40,528 nucleotides of DNA from Octopus bimaculoides (GCF_001194135.2 NC_068983.1:112082389-112122916), one strand, 5' to 3'. Positions 1 to 11,849 are shown, counted from the stretch's first letter. The notes: generated by a model not told the origin, from the letters alone. A program made the numbers and translations.

Positions 1-25
1 ATATATATATATATATATACATCTG

Positions 26-62
<37 letters not shown>

Positions 63-72
63 GTGTGTGTGT
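1..72. repeat. (TA)n/(CA)n/(TG)n microsatellite
   Basis: Dinucleotide runs read directly. Confidence 0.95.
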
Positions 73-713
73 GTTTACCCTGCATGCTAAGTATGATATA
101 AAAAGAAGAAAAATGTTGATGTCATCATTATGTTTCCTATAAACACATTGTTCTATGCAACTGTATTGTATGAATTACAAGTAATATAAAAATCCTTTAC
201 TTGTAAGACGGAAAGGTTCAATGAAAGCAAGAAGCTTCCAACCACAAAATACTGATCTAAGGAAGTCTTCATTCAACGTCTTATGCCAGTTCGGAAATGA
301 GAATGCCAAATGAAGATGAAACAATATAAATCACATTGTTAAATTTTCTTTTAAAATTAAAAAAAAATGCTAGATTCTGAATATTTGATGTTCAAAACAA
401 AAATTTGCGGATTGCGTTTTTTAAAGAATGCATAATAAAAATGTTATTGAGGAGTTTTAAAAAACTTCCACATTTTACTTATTAAATAGTTTGTTCTCCT
501 GTCGTATGATTATACTTGCTTGACAGTACAAACTGAACAATGTAATTGAGTATAAACATATTTAAGTATGCTATCATTTTCAAAATCAAATCGATTTTCT
601 TATAGAAAAGAAAAGGAAGCGTGGTTATGTGATTTCCTCAATACAAGTACACTGGTATTGTTTAGACAGTAAAGTTCAAAATATAAGAATAAACAAATAA
701 ATATGTTAAGTAT

Positions 714-754
714 ATTTATATATATATGTATATATATATATATGTATATATACA

Positions 755-789
<35 letters not shown>

Positions 790-790
790 A
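714..790. repeat. (TA)n-(TG)n compound microsatellite
   Basis: Read directly. Confidence 0.9.
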
Positions 791-1595
791 TTTGGTGTCA
801 AGTACACAATCTCTAAAGAAGAGAACATATCACAGTCACTATCATCATCATTTCATTATACATATATTCTTCTTTGTTTGAATGAGCTAAGTCAGTTCTG
901 CTTGACAAGAACATTTCTCCTTAAGCAGCTGCAGTGATGTTTGCTATCATTGTATAATAGGGAAAGTGCTACTGGAGGTTAAGTGCTACCAGTAACCCAG
1001 TATGTGTTAGTGAGCTATAGTACTTTGGCTGGATTATTTTTACCCTGTAGAATTTGTAAAGAAATGCTAACATTATTGCACTATATGGATACTTAAAAAA
1101 GAAATTATACAAAGTGTAGAGACTGTCTTACTGATTTTGCATGGTTTGATGGACTAAGCTTTATTTAGAAATCTGCTGTTATATACTAGATTAGTTGGTT
1201 TTTACTGAGTTATAAGTTTTGAACTTTTGTAACAAATCACCAGCCATTCACGATTAACATTCTTAGCTTCTATGCAGCAATAGTATACACAACCTTAACT
1301 GCTTGTTGGCAGATATTCTGATGAGTGTTGATAAATTACAAACAATCTGCCTGGTAGTGTTTACAGCAGGATGGTGTTCTTATTTGCAGCTTTTGAACAT
1401 ACCCCATATATGAAGTTTTCCTGAACTCCCTCATTCTTCCAGAATACATGCAATTAATGCAAACCAATTACTTCCAGCATTATTGATTTCATCTATAATC
1501 ACTTGGATTTTACTGCCAGTAGTATCTGCAAATAGAAGGAAACTGGTCATCAACATGCCGTCAGTATATTTCCATGTAGCACAATACCCATCATC

Positions 1596-2138
<543 letters not shown>

Positions 2139-2332
2139 TTTATTAATTACGATTTTGGTGACTATGATATCTTCTATTCTTTAGAGGTTGTGTTATTGAT
2201 ACACACCTATGCCTGTATAATTTTTCTTAAGGTCAACTGTAATAATTACTAAGTCTTATCCATCACTACACTGCCAGTAGAAATATCTGTCAACCATGCA
2301 CATATTTTTGTAAATTATTCAAATAATATTTA

Positions 2333-2335
<3 letters not shown>

Positions 2336-2376
<41 letters not shown>
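2336..2376. repeat. (GT)n microsatellite
   Basis: Read directly. Confidence 0.95.
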
Positions 2377-2380
<4 letters not shown>

Positions 2381-2415
2381 CCCACATATAGACAATTCAA
2401 CACAGACTTTAAAAA

Positions 2416-2464
2416 GTTAACATTCCGCTATAACGACAGGTTGTTATTGTTACGGGATGTTAAC
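2416..2464. repeat. Imperfect 49-nt inverted repeat/hairpin
   Basis: GTTAACATTCCG...CGGGATGTTAAC outer arms plus inner TAACGA/TTGTTA stem. Confidence 0.6.
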
Positions 2465-4107
2465 AGATTTGCACTAAAAATTCCTGCATTTCATTTTAAA
2501 TCAAAACTTAGTTACCATCGTGACAACACTACCTGATTATCTATTTTCACACACACACATACATTCTCGCTCTCTTCCCCCCTCTCTCGGTGTATTTTCT
2601 CTCAACAAATTTTCCTCCTCCCCTTCTTCCCACCTTCTACATAAATATTGTGGCAGGGGTTATCTCCTCTTCTGATTCCACCCTTTGATTCCCCCCACCC
2701 ACTTCTACATATATGTTGTGCTGGAAAGACAGTGGGAGATAAACTTTTCTTTTGAATATAAGATTATTGTTCAAAATCTCCCTTTACTACTTTGAACTAT
2801 TTTCTTTATCCTTCAGATTCAAAATTAATTGCAGTTACATAAGAGATAACAATTAGCCAACAGCTAGCTGCTCATATTCTATTCATGTTTTACTGCCAAA
2901 GTATACTTCACAAATTATTCTTTTCAGAAATTTCTTTTCTCTTCTTTTTCAATTAAAATCTGCATTTGAATACTGTTGAACTTTAATACCCACTATTTTT
3001 TTTATTTATATATAATATTTAACATATCAATTCCATTTTCTCCTTGTAGTTGCACATTGTTTATTTAATCATTTATTGTTTAATAGAACCTGTTGTTATG
3101 AAAATATTTTAAAAGCTATCTGTTTAATATATTTTATTAAGTAGAACAGTCGTCTGAATATAGATATCATTAAATTGCACTTTATTAACATTTTTTTCCA
3201 AGAAGCCACAGGTAAAGTCGCCATGTAAGAGAAACATCCTGATATTAAGCTAGCCAAGATTAATTGTTAGGAATGATTTAAGTAAACATAAACACTGAAA
3301 TTAAATTGTTTCTCTTGCAAGTAAATTTAAAGCAAAATCATGATGAAAAATATACTGTTGGAATGTATTATATTATTTAAACTGCAGTAATGTATCCATT
3401 GAAAGAAATTCCAGAATCATAAGCAAGTATATATCTGAAGGGCAATTTGAAATCATTGCAAGTGAAACATAAATGCAAAGATTATTAAATTTACAAGAAT
3501 ATACAAGTGTTTGTAATTAATTTGTTCAGATGTATGTTGGTCATATTGATTTAATCCCCCTTCGCAAAAATATATTTGATGTTTTTTTAATCACTTTCTT
3601 CTTTTGTTTATTCAATCATAGCCAAATTATGTTTGGTTATTGCATTATTACAAAAACTTAATTGAAAGTCTGTTGAAAATACTATTAGGTATTAAAAAAT
3701 AATATATAGAGTAGACTCTTCTGTTATGCTGTGAATTTGACTCCTCACATTCTAGTGGTTGTTTGATATTTGATGCAAAGTTAGTAAAATTTACATTAGC
3801 TTGAACTACTCAGTTCTTGCTGAAATATTCCAGGTGTACTTCTTATATTAATTTACAATCTCATGTGGCATTTAACACTAAAACTTAAAGCTTATCACTT
3901 GAAAGCTATAATTATGATGCAGTCATGAGCATGCTGTTAGGTTCACTTTGCAGTCACATGGTTTGATTCAATTATGTGTCACCATGAGTGCCTCCTGACA
4001 TTATGCCATATTAACCCAAACTTTGTGAGTGAAATTGGATTGATGGAAATAGTGTAAAAAAAAACTGAAACAAATATTGTTTCTTGGATGTCGTTAGCAG
4101 AACTTAC

Positions 4108-4201
4108 TCTGTTGTGTACATTTGAACCAGATCTCAGGTCTGAGGGTAAACCATGTGTTGTGGTTTTTATTTCTTCCTTTTCCCAAACAGTCTCAGAGAT
4201 T
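4108..4201 (-). CDS. Candidate internal coding exon of an unidentified gene (ISETVWEKEEIKTTTHGLPSDLRSGSNVHNR)
   Basis: Minus strand ATGTTTTTCAG acceptor and GTAAGT donor; only one of three frames is open across 94 nt. No homology recognised. Confidence 0.25.
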
Positions 4202-5051
4202 CTGAAAAACATTAAGGCCACTGTAATACTTTCCTTGAATAAGAAAAGAAAAAAAAAATCCCTGTAAATATCAGGAAATACTTCATTGATTCTCCTTTTT
4301 AAAAACAACAATAACTGTCATTCTTTGTTACTTTGTCAGTTTACCCCAGGGCACTTCCATAGATTTGGAATTTCTTTTTAAACTTTTTTCTTTTTACATC
4401 ATTTATATATTTTCCATTGGAGATGTTGGTTAGGTGAGGAGTAGCAAGAAAAAGAATCTTGCAAAGTTAATAGAGATTGTTTGACAAGTTGATCAGAAGA
4501 ACCAGCAGTAATTTGAGAGGCATGAAAGTTGTTATTGTTTTGATTTAAGTCACCCCTGATCAAGCAAAATTATGACTGAAAGTTTTCAAGCTATTACATA
4601 CTACCTTATTGTGGATCTGTAAATATGTTGCCCTATGTGTCTTACCTTTCTTAAAATAGTGGGGTGGTACTTAAAGAAAATTTTGCCCATATTTCAAGCA
4701 GTCAAATGACTATAAAGAAACGACATTTGTAGGCCATGAGATGAAAACTTAATTTAGTCTTCCCCTAGTTTGTGATAATGATTGACCTTCTTCCAATAAT
4801 ATACGTAGTATTCTTTGCCTGTTCAACTGGAAAACATCTGTGAATGAGAGTGATTGGGAATTGTGAAGCTTTAGGCTGTTGTTATGTGGAAGATGTGGAG
4901 AAACATATACAGAAGAAGAATATTGATTTCACATAGCTGTCTTAAAGTTAGTGATAAAGTTCATTTGATATCAAAAGCTGCATAGAACTGGCAGGGCTCA
5001 AATCAGTGAAATAACCCGAAGTATCAAAGATTCAAAGGGATCATGATTATC

Positions 5052-5240
5052 GTTGTTGTTTAACCTCAGGTCATCCCTGACTGAATACACATATAACCAA
5101 AGCATTTTGATTGAACAATCCATGGGGCTATATCATCCGATGTATTATTTCCATACTTTTTTATGGTAGGGTGTAATTTTAAAGAGATTTGGCTGCTAAC
5201 CTTAGTAGATTGAACAATCACATAGAAAAGTTCCTTGTTG
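5052..5240 (+). mobile_element. Degenerate dispersed repeat (family also at ~6868-7080 and ~18890-19020)
   Basis: Shared motif ...GTAGGGTGTAATTT..AGAGATTTGGCTGCT..TAG.AG.T..A.C.A.CA across copies, with a (TTG)n-like start. Confidence 0.6.
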
Positions 5241-5339
5241 GTTCATGGTCAAGTCGCCATATCAGGAATCAAACCTGTACTGCTTAAGTGCCAGCTAAGA
5301 CTCCTAGCCACAATGAGGTGTGAGCTGTTTTGGATTGTT

Positions 5340-5700
5340 CAGGCAGTGTAGTCACCAACTCATTGCAAACTCTGTCATTATCATCAAATAACAAAGATGA
5401 CTTGGTAAAGGCTGAGTTTGAAAAGAAGCGAAGACTGAAGAATGTCTTGATAATCTGTTTGTGAATCAATAATGTGAGTAAATAACAATACTAACTGGTT
5501 CATCAGTTCATAAGAGCAGATGCTTTGGCCTTTGTGCTAACAATTTTGATGTACAACATTGTGTACAAGGTGAGTAGTGTATATTCAGATGACTAACAAT
5601 AATGACATCATAGTCTTAAAATTGGTGCCCTGAAACTAAGATGAACAATAGTGAAACAGCTACTGATAGGTGGAATTTGGCAAGTAGTAGAGACAATAGA
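5340..5700 (+). pseudogene. Highly decayed LINE reverse-transcriptase relic (CR1/Jockey-like)
   Basis: Ordered remnants: SVVTNSL (STxTNLL-like), DLVKAEF (DxxKAFD-like), LTILMYNIV, VYSDD (YADD-like), LKI...K(T)KM. Confidence 0.35.
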
Positions 5701-6330
5701 TGAATTTAGGTGAATGAAAAAGTGAAACTCACAGTTGTAACTGAATGTATTTTGTTGCTGATGTCTTGTGTAAAATAGGTAAGTGGTGGAGAGAGTATTT
5801 TCTATGTAATTTCAAATATCACCTTCCAGAGAAAAGTTGTAATATAAAACAAACAACATAAATTATTATGTGGTAGAACTTGAGCTGTCTCAGGAATGAA
5901 TATGAATTGTAAATGGTAATGCAATACAAGGAACTAAATTGTAGCCACATCAGTCATTACTGAAATAAGATAGATGCACCAATATTCATATATATAGTTT
6001 ACACATGACTTTACATGAATAGCAATGCTATTGTTTTATCAGAGGTGGTGATAAAAAGGATTTAGAAAAACACTTCATGTTTACTAACTCAATATTCTAA
6101 AATATTATGATACAGTGCAAATATATCACATATGAATATCTCAGATGTTACATATCTCATACATTAGAGAATATTTCCAATTTTGTGTTGTTATCAAAAA
6201 TATTCCCTGTACCATCAATTAGCATATATAGTGCTAGATCCAAAGTGAAAGAAGTAAAACATTCATACTAATTCTCAAAGACAAAAAGCTTTCGTGTTTT
6301 GCAACTTACATTTATGATCCAGTTAGTTAC

Positions 6331-6374
6331 CATTTAATGATTTGAACAAGTTATTCGGTAACTTGGGAATATTT
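6331..6374 (-). CDS. Candidate 44-nt exon with LRR-like peptide NIPKLPNNLFKSLN
   Basis: Strong acceptor CTTATTTCTATGGTTTTTCTCAG and donor G|GTAACT. A stronger GTAAGT donor 22 nt further on closes all frames. Confidence 0.15.
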
Positions 6375-6867
6375 CTGAGAAAAACCATAGAAATAAGAAT
6401 TTATCAACGACTCATTTCTAGCTTAGGATAAAAGTAAAGATTCTAATTTAGAAAGTAAAACATGTCTTTTGTATTCCTTTTGATTACAAATAAACCAATT
6501 TGCAGATAAACAAATCACAGGAAAAGCGTTGAGTGAAAATTTGTTTAGAACATTCATAAATAATATTTTATGTGTGAATTATACAGTTTATATATGCAAT
6601 ATATTGATAGAAATTACTGATTATTGCCAGTTCACCACGTACAAGTTTGTCATAAATCTCTATAGTTAAGCTAAATCAAATTTGATAATTACATAAATAG
6701 CTATCTTAAAAAAGAAAACGTTGCTGAATTATAAACTTTTAAGAGTGAGTGTTGGTACAGATTGTCAGATGAGATAATTTTACTAACATTTCATTTTCTC
6801 ATTATGAGAAGAAAAAAATACACTCCTAAGCTAATGTACACAGTATTTGTTGTTGTTGCTGTTGGTG

Positions 6868-7080
6868 GTGTTGTTGATTAGCACTAGGAAAGCCTTGATC
6901 AAGTAGATCTATGATTAATAACATTCTAACCATGGATGTCTTATTGATTTCTTGATACTTGCATTACTTGGACTACATAACCCAATGTTTTATCCTTTTT
7001 CAAGATAGTAAGGAGTAGTTTGAGGGAAATTTGGCAGCTATATTTAGCAGGTCAGACCACCATGCAAAGGTGCCCTTCTC
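6868..7080 (+). mobile_element. Degenerate copy of the dispersed repeat at 5052-5240
   Basis: GAGGGAAATTTGGCAGCTATATTTAGCAGG aligns with the 5052 copy. Confidence 0.55.
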
Positions 7081-7169
7081 TTAACTAACCAGAATAGCAA
7101 TCAAAAATAATTCCAGCCATAACCATACTGCCTTTATGGGATATTATTTGTATCATTTCTAGTAATTGT

Positions 7170-7217
7170 AGCTTCAGTAATTTTCTATGAAAATTTTCAT
7201 AGAAAATTACTGAAGCT
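7170..7217. repeat. Perfect 48-bp palindrome, no spacer
   Basis: AGCTTCAGTAATTTTCTATGAAAA|TTTTCATAGAAAATTACTGAAGCT is its own reverse complement. Confidence 0.97.
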
Positions 7218-7560
7218 TGTCTTTATAAAATTAAGATAGTTGATTCAGCCATAAGAAAATTTGAAAAACATTTTCCATCAAAGGTCAACTATTCAAATGG
7301 AACCAACAGGAGGACGCTTTCACAAGCCCTTTATAAAACACTCCTTAAACACCCCACCACCTCCCAACTCCACCCTCAATCAATTATCTTGTTTTTAGCA
7401 TTCACTATTTTCTTTCAGCTCTGATTCATCAACACTCTTTCACTCTCACTTATCATTAACAAACCTCAACCCCCATACCACAGATATACCCAAATCTCTT
7501 ATATAGAGAATTACACAGTATAACATAACCTGAAGATCAGTTTGATGAATGCCAGAAAGT

Positions 7561-7644
7561 TCTCCAGAAAAGGAATCTTTAAAAAATCTCCAGAAAAGGA
7601 ATCTTTAAAAAATCTCCAGAAAAGGAATCTTAAAAAAATCTCCC
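7561..7644 (+). repeat. 26-bp tandem repeat x~3.2
   Basis: Unit TCTCCAGAAAAGGAATCTTTAAAAAA at 7561, 7587 and 7613. Confidence 0.95.
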
Positions 7645-7779
7645 CGCTGAAGTTAACAAAGAACCAAACTGTAAAATTATATTATATTATTAGAAAATGA
7701 AATTAATTAGAACTAATACTGGTCATTCTTTTCCATTTTCAAATATATATAACTGTACCAAGGATTTCACACATTTTCC

Positions 7780-8152
7780 AAAAACCTGTTGAGCCAAGTT
7801 AAATCAAAATCGAACTAAATTCGATGACTGGCACCCATGCCAACTTCTCCTTCATTGGACACTAAACTCGACTTGCGAAGACCTGTTGGGGCAAGTAAAA
7901 TTGAAATCGTGATGGCACCTGTACCAGTGGCTCACTAAGAGCACCGTCTGAGTGTTATCATTGCCAGAGCAGCTGTCTGGCCTCCATGCCAGTGGCATGT
8001 AAATAGCATCATTTGAGCGTGACCGTTACCAGCGTCACCCTACTGGCACGTGAAAAAACATTCAAGCGAGGTGATTGCCAGTGCCGCTGGACTGGCTCCT
8101 GTGCAGGTGGCACGTAAAATACACCACTTTGAGTGTAGCTGTTGCCAGTACC
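7780..8152 (+). mobile_element. RTE-clade LINE 3'UTR-type fragment (lacks terminal tail)
   Basis: Repeated GCCAGT/GGTGGCACGTAAAA motifs shared with the RTE 3' end at 20380-20830. Confidence 0.65.
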
Positions 8153-8509
8153 GGAGACAATGTTACATTTCAATTGAAATGGTTTCAGTTTCCAGTGAGT
8201 CTTAGTTTTGTCATGACCATCAACAAATTGTAAGGACAAACATTTTTGGTCATTGGTTTACACCTTGAAGAGCCTGCTTCAACTATGGTCAGCTTCATGC
8301 TGAATGTTCAAGAGTAGAGAGTAAGAAAAACAAACAAACTTCGTTTATTGAGACATTATGAATTGCCTCCAATAATGCAGAAAATGCAGTTCAAGATGTA
8401 CATCTGTTGGGGAAAACATGTCTGCATGTCTGATATGAAATAAAAACAAAATTGAAGCAAAGGCACTCCATTGTGAAAATTGTCTGGCAACGGTAGACTA
8501 CTCATCTAG
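8153..8509 (+). mobile_element. Helitron 3' end: PIF1-like helicase C-terminal relic and CTAG terminus
   Basis: Translates FQLKWFQFPVSLSFVMTINKL*GQTFLVIGLHLEEP/(C)FNYGQLHAECSRV, matching Helitron FPVRLAFAMTINKSQGQ...CFSHGQLYVACSRV. Ends CTAG(T) at 8506-8510 after a decayed hairpin. Confidence 0.85.
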
Positions 8510-8528
8510 TGTAATATATATATATATA

Positions 8529-8978
8529 NNNNNNNNNNNNNNNNNNNNNNNNNNNNNNNNNNNNNNNNNNNNNNNNNNNNNNNNNNNNNNNNNNNNNNNN
8601 NNNNNNNNNNNNNNNNNNNNNNNNNNNNNNNNNNNNNNNNNNNNNNNNNNNNNNNNNNNNNNNNNNNNNNNNNNNNNNNNNNNNNNNNNNNNNNNNNNNN
8701 NNNNNNNNNNNNNNNNNNNNNNNNNNNNNNNNNNNNNNNNNNNNNNNNNNNNNNNNNNNNNNNNNNNNNNNNNNNNNNNNNNNNNNNNNNNNNNNNNNNN
8801 NNNNNNNNNNNNNNNNNNNNNNNNNNNNNNNNNNNNNNNNNNNNNNNNNNNNNNNNNNNNNNNNNNNNNNNNNNNNNNNNNNNNNNNNNNNNNNNNNNNN
8901 NNNNNNNNNNNNNNNNNNNNNNNNNNNNNNNNNNNNNNNNNNNNNNNNNNNNNNNNNNNNNNNNNNNNNNNNNNNNNN
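8529..8978. other. Assembly gap flanked by (TA)n; most other gaps in the window also sit in microsatellites
   Basis: Run of N. Confidence 0.99.
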
Positions 8979-8996
8979 ATATATATATATATATAC

Positions 8997-9118
8997 ATAA
9001 TACAATATTAGGATAAAGACTTTATAAAAATTCATCAAGTAGTTAGTATGAAAAAACCTCATAAGGAAAAAAGCATCATCTTTTTTCTTCCATAAATATA
9101 TCTAATTTATATAATTTA
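8997..9118 (-). mobile_element. Terminal fragment related to the fold-back arm and to the 38.2-kb Penelope-like repeat
   Basis: 8997-9016 is identical to 9490-9509 (ATAATACAATATTAGGATAA). TCAAGTAGTTAGTATG..AAACCTCATAAGG resembles 38266-38305. Confidence 0.45.
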
Positions 9119-9120
9119 TA

Positions 9121-9635
9121 TAAGGGCATTACTATACAATAATGCTTAACACTCAGAGTCAAAACTACCAAAATAAGCACATTTTTACCGATCGCGAGGG
9201 AATGCAACTTTCAAAGCTAACCTCCTAAAAACTTTTAACTTAACGGTAAACCAATGGTTTCATAATTAATGCAGTAAACTGCATCTTTTATTCATCAGTA
9301 CACATATGGTCAAGACATAAAAATAAACAAAAATCAACATACTCTGACGAACACTCCATTTATTCAGCATAGTACATAGATGATTGTTCATCCCTGTATA
9401 TCCATGAAAGAGGCGGGCTTTTTAAGTTACACTTTGGCACATGTGCTTTTACGGAATGATATTCAGCACTGAATATATTCTAATTATTTATAATACAATA
9501 TTAGGATAAGTTAAAAGTTTTTAGGAGGTTAGCTTTGAAAGTTGCATTCCCTCACGATCGGTAAAAATGTGCTTATTTTGGTAGTTTTGACTTATGGAGT
9601 CCCTCTGAGCATGAGGCATCATTGTATAGTAATGC

Positions 9636-9640
<5 letters not shown>
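9121..9640. mobile_element. Fold-back element with ~125-bp inverted arms, probably Penelope-like non-autonomous
   Basis: 9158-9242 versus the reverse complement of 9507-9591 is 84/85 identical. The outer arms TAAGGGCATTACTATACAAT match with 5 mismatches and a 12-bp indel. Both ends abut TA, and the spacer carries a hammerhead motif. Confidence 0.85.
9243..9305 (-). ncRNA. Type-I hammerhead ribozyme motif
   Basis: AUG(U)GUA-CUGAUGA-AUAA aa GAUGCAG uuua CUGCAUU aa UUAU-GAAA-CC auu G-GUU-UACCGU. All core nucleotides are present and stems I, II and III pair. Predicted cut after 9249. Confidence 0.7.
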
Positions 9641-9684
<44 letters not shown>

Positions 9685-9762
9685 TTTATATATATATACA
9701 TGTACATAGATACATAGATACATACATATATCTATATCTATCTATCTATCTATATATATATA
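9641..9762. repeat. (TA)/(CA)/(TAGA)/(TATC) compound microsatellite before a gap
   Basis: Read directly. Confidence 0.9.
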
Positions 9763-10010
9763 NNNNNNNNNNNNNNNNNNNNNNNNNNNNNNNNNNNNNN
9801 NNNNNNNNNNNNNNNNNNNNNNNNNNNNNNNNNNNNNNNNNNNNNNNNNNNNNNNNNNNAATGTAGTTTGCTTGAAAATGGAGAGATTCAATGGATATAA
9901 ATTAATTTATTAATTATTCAACATTGCCTACAATTATTTCACCTTGCACTCAATTTAAATTACAAAGCATATATAATATGCACTGGAGTGGCTGTGTGGT
10001 AGAGAGATGC

Positions 10011-10042
<32 letters not shown>

Positions 10043-10789
10043 ATATATATATACACATACACACATATAAATGTATATGTGTGCATGTAAACATAGATAA
10101 ATATATATGTGTGTGTGTGTGTATATATATATATACATTCTTTGTTTGTTGTTCCCTTAACTGTCTCTGATTTTGATTTCTTTGATATGTATATACATAG
10201 GTGTATATGAATTCTAATTTACAGAAAAAAATATAGAATTTTCCTACTCTCTTGGAACTTCAGTTGTTCAATGAAGAATTAATTGCTTCAAGAAAACAGG
10301 ATGGCGTACATTTACCCATTGTAAACTCAGTAAACTATTTCAATAATAGCTGAAATTTTCTGTCTTTATCATTGATGTATATACTATTAATAAGATTGTT
10401 ATGATGCTTCAGTAAATACTATTACTTCTTGAAATTTAGATTTTGTTGAAGTCATTTAAGAGATTTGTAACTGTAAATACACATCTATTAATATGAAATG
10501 TCTCTTGTGTAAAGAAACTTCTTCCAAATTATATAATGTCTTTGTATTGATTGCCAGCAGTTATCAATTGTTAATGTAAGCTGCCTATATTCTTATGAAT
10601 CTTTAGAAGATTGAAAATTGTTATTTCTTGAACAATAACTAAATGTACTTAGTGAAGGTGGAATGATTGGAAAGACAGTTGATATGTTGAAATCACTTCT
10701 GGTTTCTTGGATGTATTCCATTGAGGGTTTAAGAAAGTTGTTTGAAAAATTTATTGTAAATATTGTTTTCCAAAGACAAAAAGAAATAA

Positions 10790-11055
10790 TGTGAGTGTAT
10801 GTGTGACTACGTGTGTGTGTGCATGCATGTGTGTTTGTGTGTGTAAGTGTGTGCATGTGTGTGCATGTGTGTGTGTGTTGAATATGTGCTCATGCATGAT
10901 TGCATTTGTGTGTACATAAATATATATATACATACATTATCATCATCATTGTCATCACTACCACCATCACCACCACCACCATCGCTGTTGCCATTGCAAT
11001 CACCACTACCACAACCATCCTTGTCATTATCATCATCATTGTTGTTGTTGTTGTT
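10790..11055. repeat. (TG)n-rich then (CAT/CAC)n cryptic simple repeat
   Basis: Read directly; source of the H/T/I-rich spurious ORFs. Confidence 0.85.
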
Positions 11056-11067
11056 TCAAATTTTGGC

Positions 11068-11360
11068 ACTGAGCTTGCAGTTTCGTTGAGAGGGAGAGGA
11101 AAATTGATTACGTTGATCTCAGTACTTGACTTACTTTATCAACACCAAAGGATGAAAGCTAAAGTCGATTTCGACTGAATTTGAACTCAGGATGTAAAGA
11201 CAGATAAACTGCTACAAAGTATTTGCCTAGTGTGGTAGTCATTCTGCCAGCTTGCCAACTTGATGGTGAAGATAGGTGGTGAGCAGTATTTGACTGGTAT
11301 TTAATCAATCCTTGGAGAATGAAAAGCAAAGTTGACCTTGGCAAGATTTGAACTCACAAT
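11068..11360 (-). mobile_element. Two adjacent fragments of a second tRNA-derived SINE (type 2)
   Basis: Reverse complement carries GAGTTCAAAT (B-box-like) and ...CTTT.CATCCTTT.GTGTTGATAAA..AAGT; same family as 32235-32445. Confidence 0.8.
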
Positions 11361-11849
11361 GTATAGAGCTAGGAGTTGTATTGATACTTATAGCTGTACA
11401 GCTATTTTCCTATTCCTTCTCTGTGAAATATTGTATTCTTCAAATCTGAATATTACACCTAGTATTTTTTACAGATAAATCTGAACAATGTTATTTTATT
11501 TATTCCTTATGGAATTTTTTTTTTTAAATGCTGTAATTTTTTTGTACTTACTATTTATATAACTATATGACATATTATTGATTATTATTTTACACTTACT
11601 ACTTCAATGCAGCAATAACTTGGTTAAAATTTTCTAACCAGCTATGCTAGATAAGAAATTTTGGTTATCCTATTCTTTATACCAGCACTTATATTTGATA
11701 TTTTTATTTATCATATGTATACAAATTCCAGCCCAAGAAATAGACTGAGTGCATTTTCATTTCTTCTTTTTTCTTATTTTTTGTTCCAGTAAGTGGCACG
11801 TTTTTTGGTCTGCCATAAAACTGAAAGTGAGCATACTACTTGCCCTTTC

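Noticed and set aside
3201-3211. Possible 9-nt plus-strand microexon (CCAAG|AAGCCACAG|GTAAAG)
   Set aside because: It is too short to distinguish from chance without junction reads.
5507-5569. Plus-strand 63-nt exon candidate with TACTAAC branch point and GTGAGT donor
   Set aside because: It falls within ordered RT-like motif remnants (followed by VYSDD), and the branch point is only 12 nt from the AG.
7561-7644. 26-bp direct repeats as a CRISPR-like array
   Set aside because: There are no spacers and the context is eukaryotic; it is a simple minisatellite or assembly slippage.
8340-8429. Minus-strand exon-like segment with CTS-TGA (CxxU selenoprotein-like)
   Set aside because: It is antisense to the Helitron 3' region, the donor is weak (GTTTGT), there is no real SelH/SelT/SelW similarity, and no SECIS was seen.
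9433-9452. 20-nt exact match (TTTGGCACATGTGCTTTTAC) between the fold-back spacer and 12389-12408
   Set aside because: The match does not extend and the partner is a degenerate minisatellite unit; it cannot be distinguished from chance.
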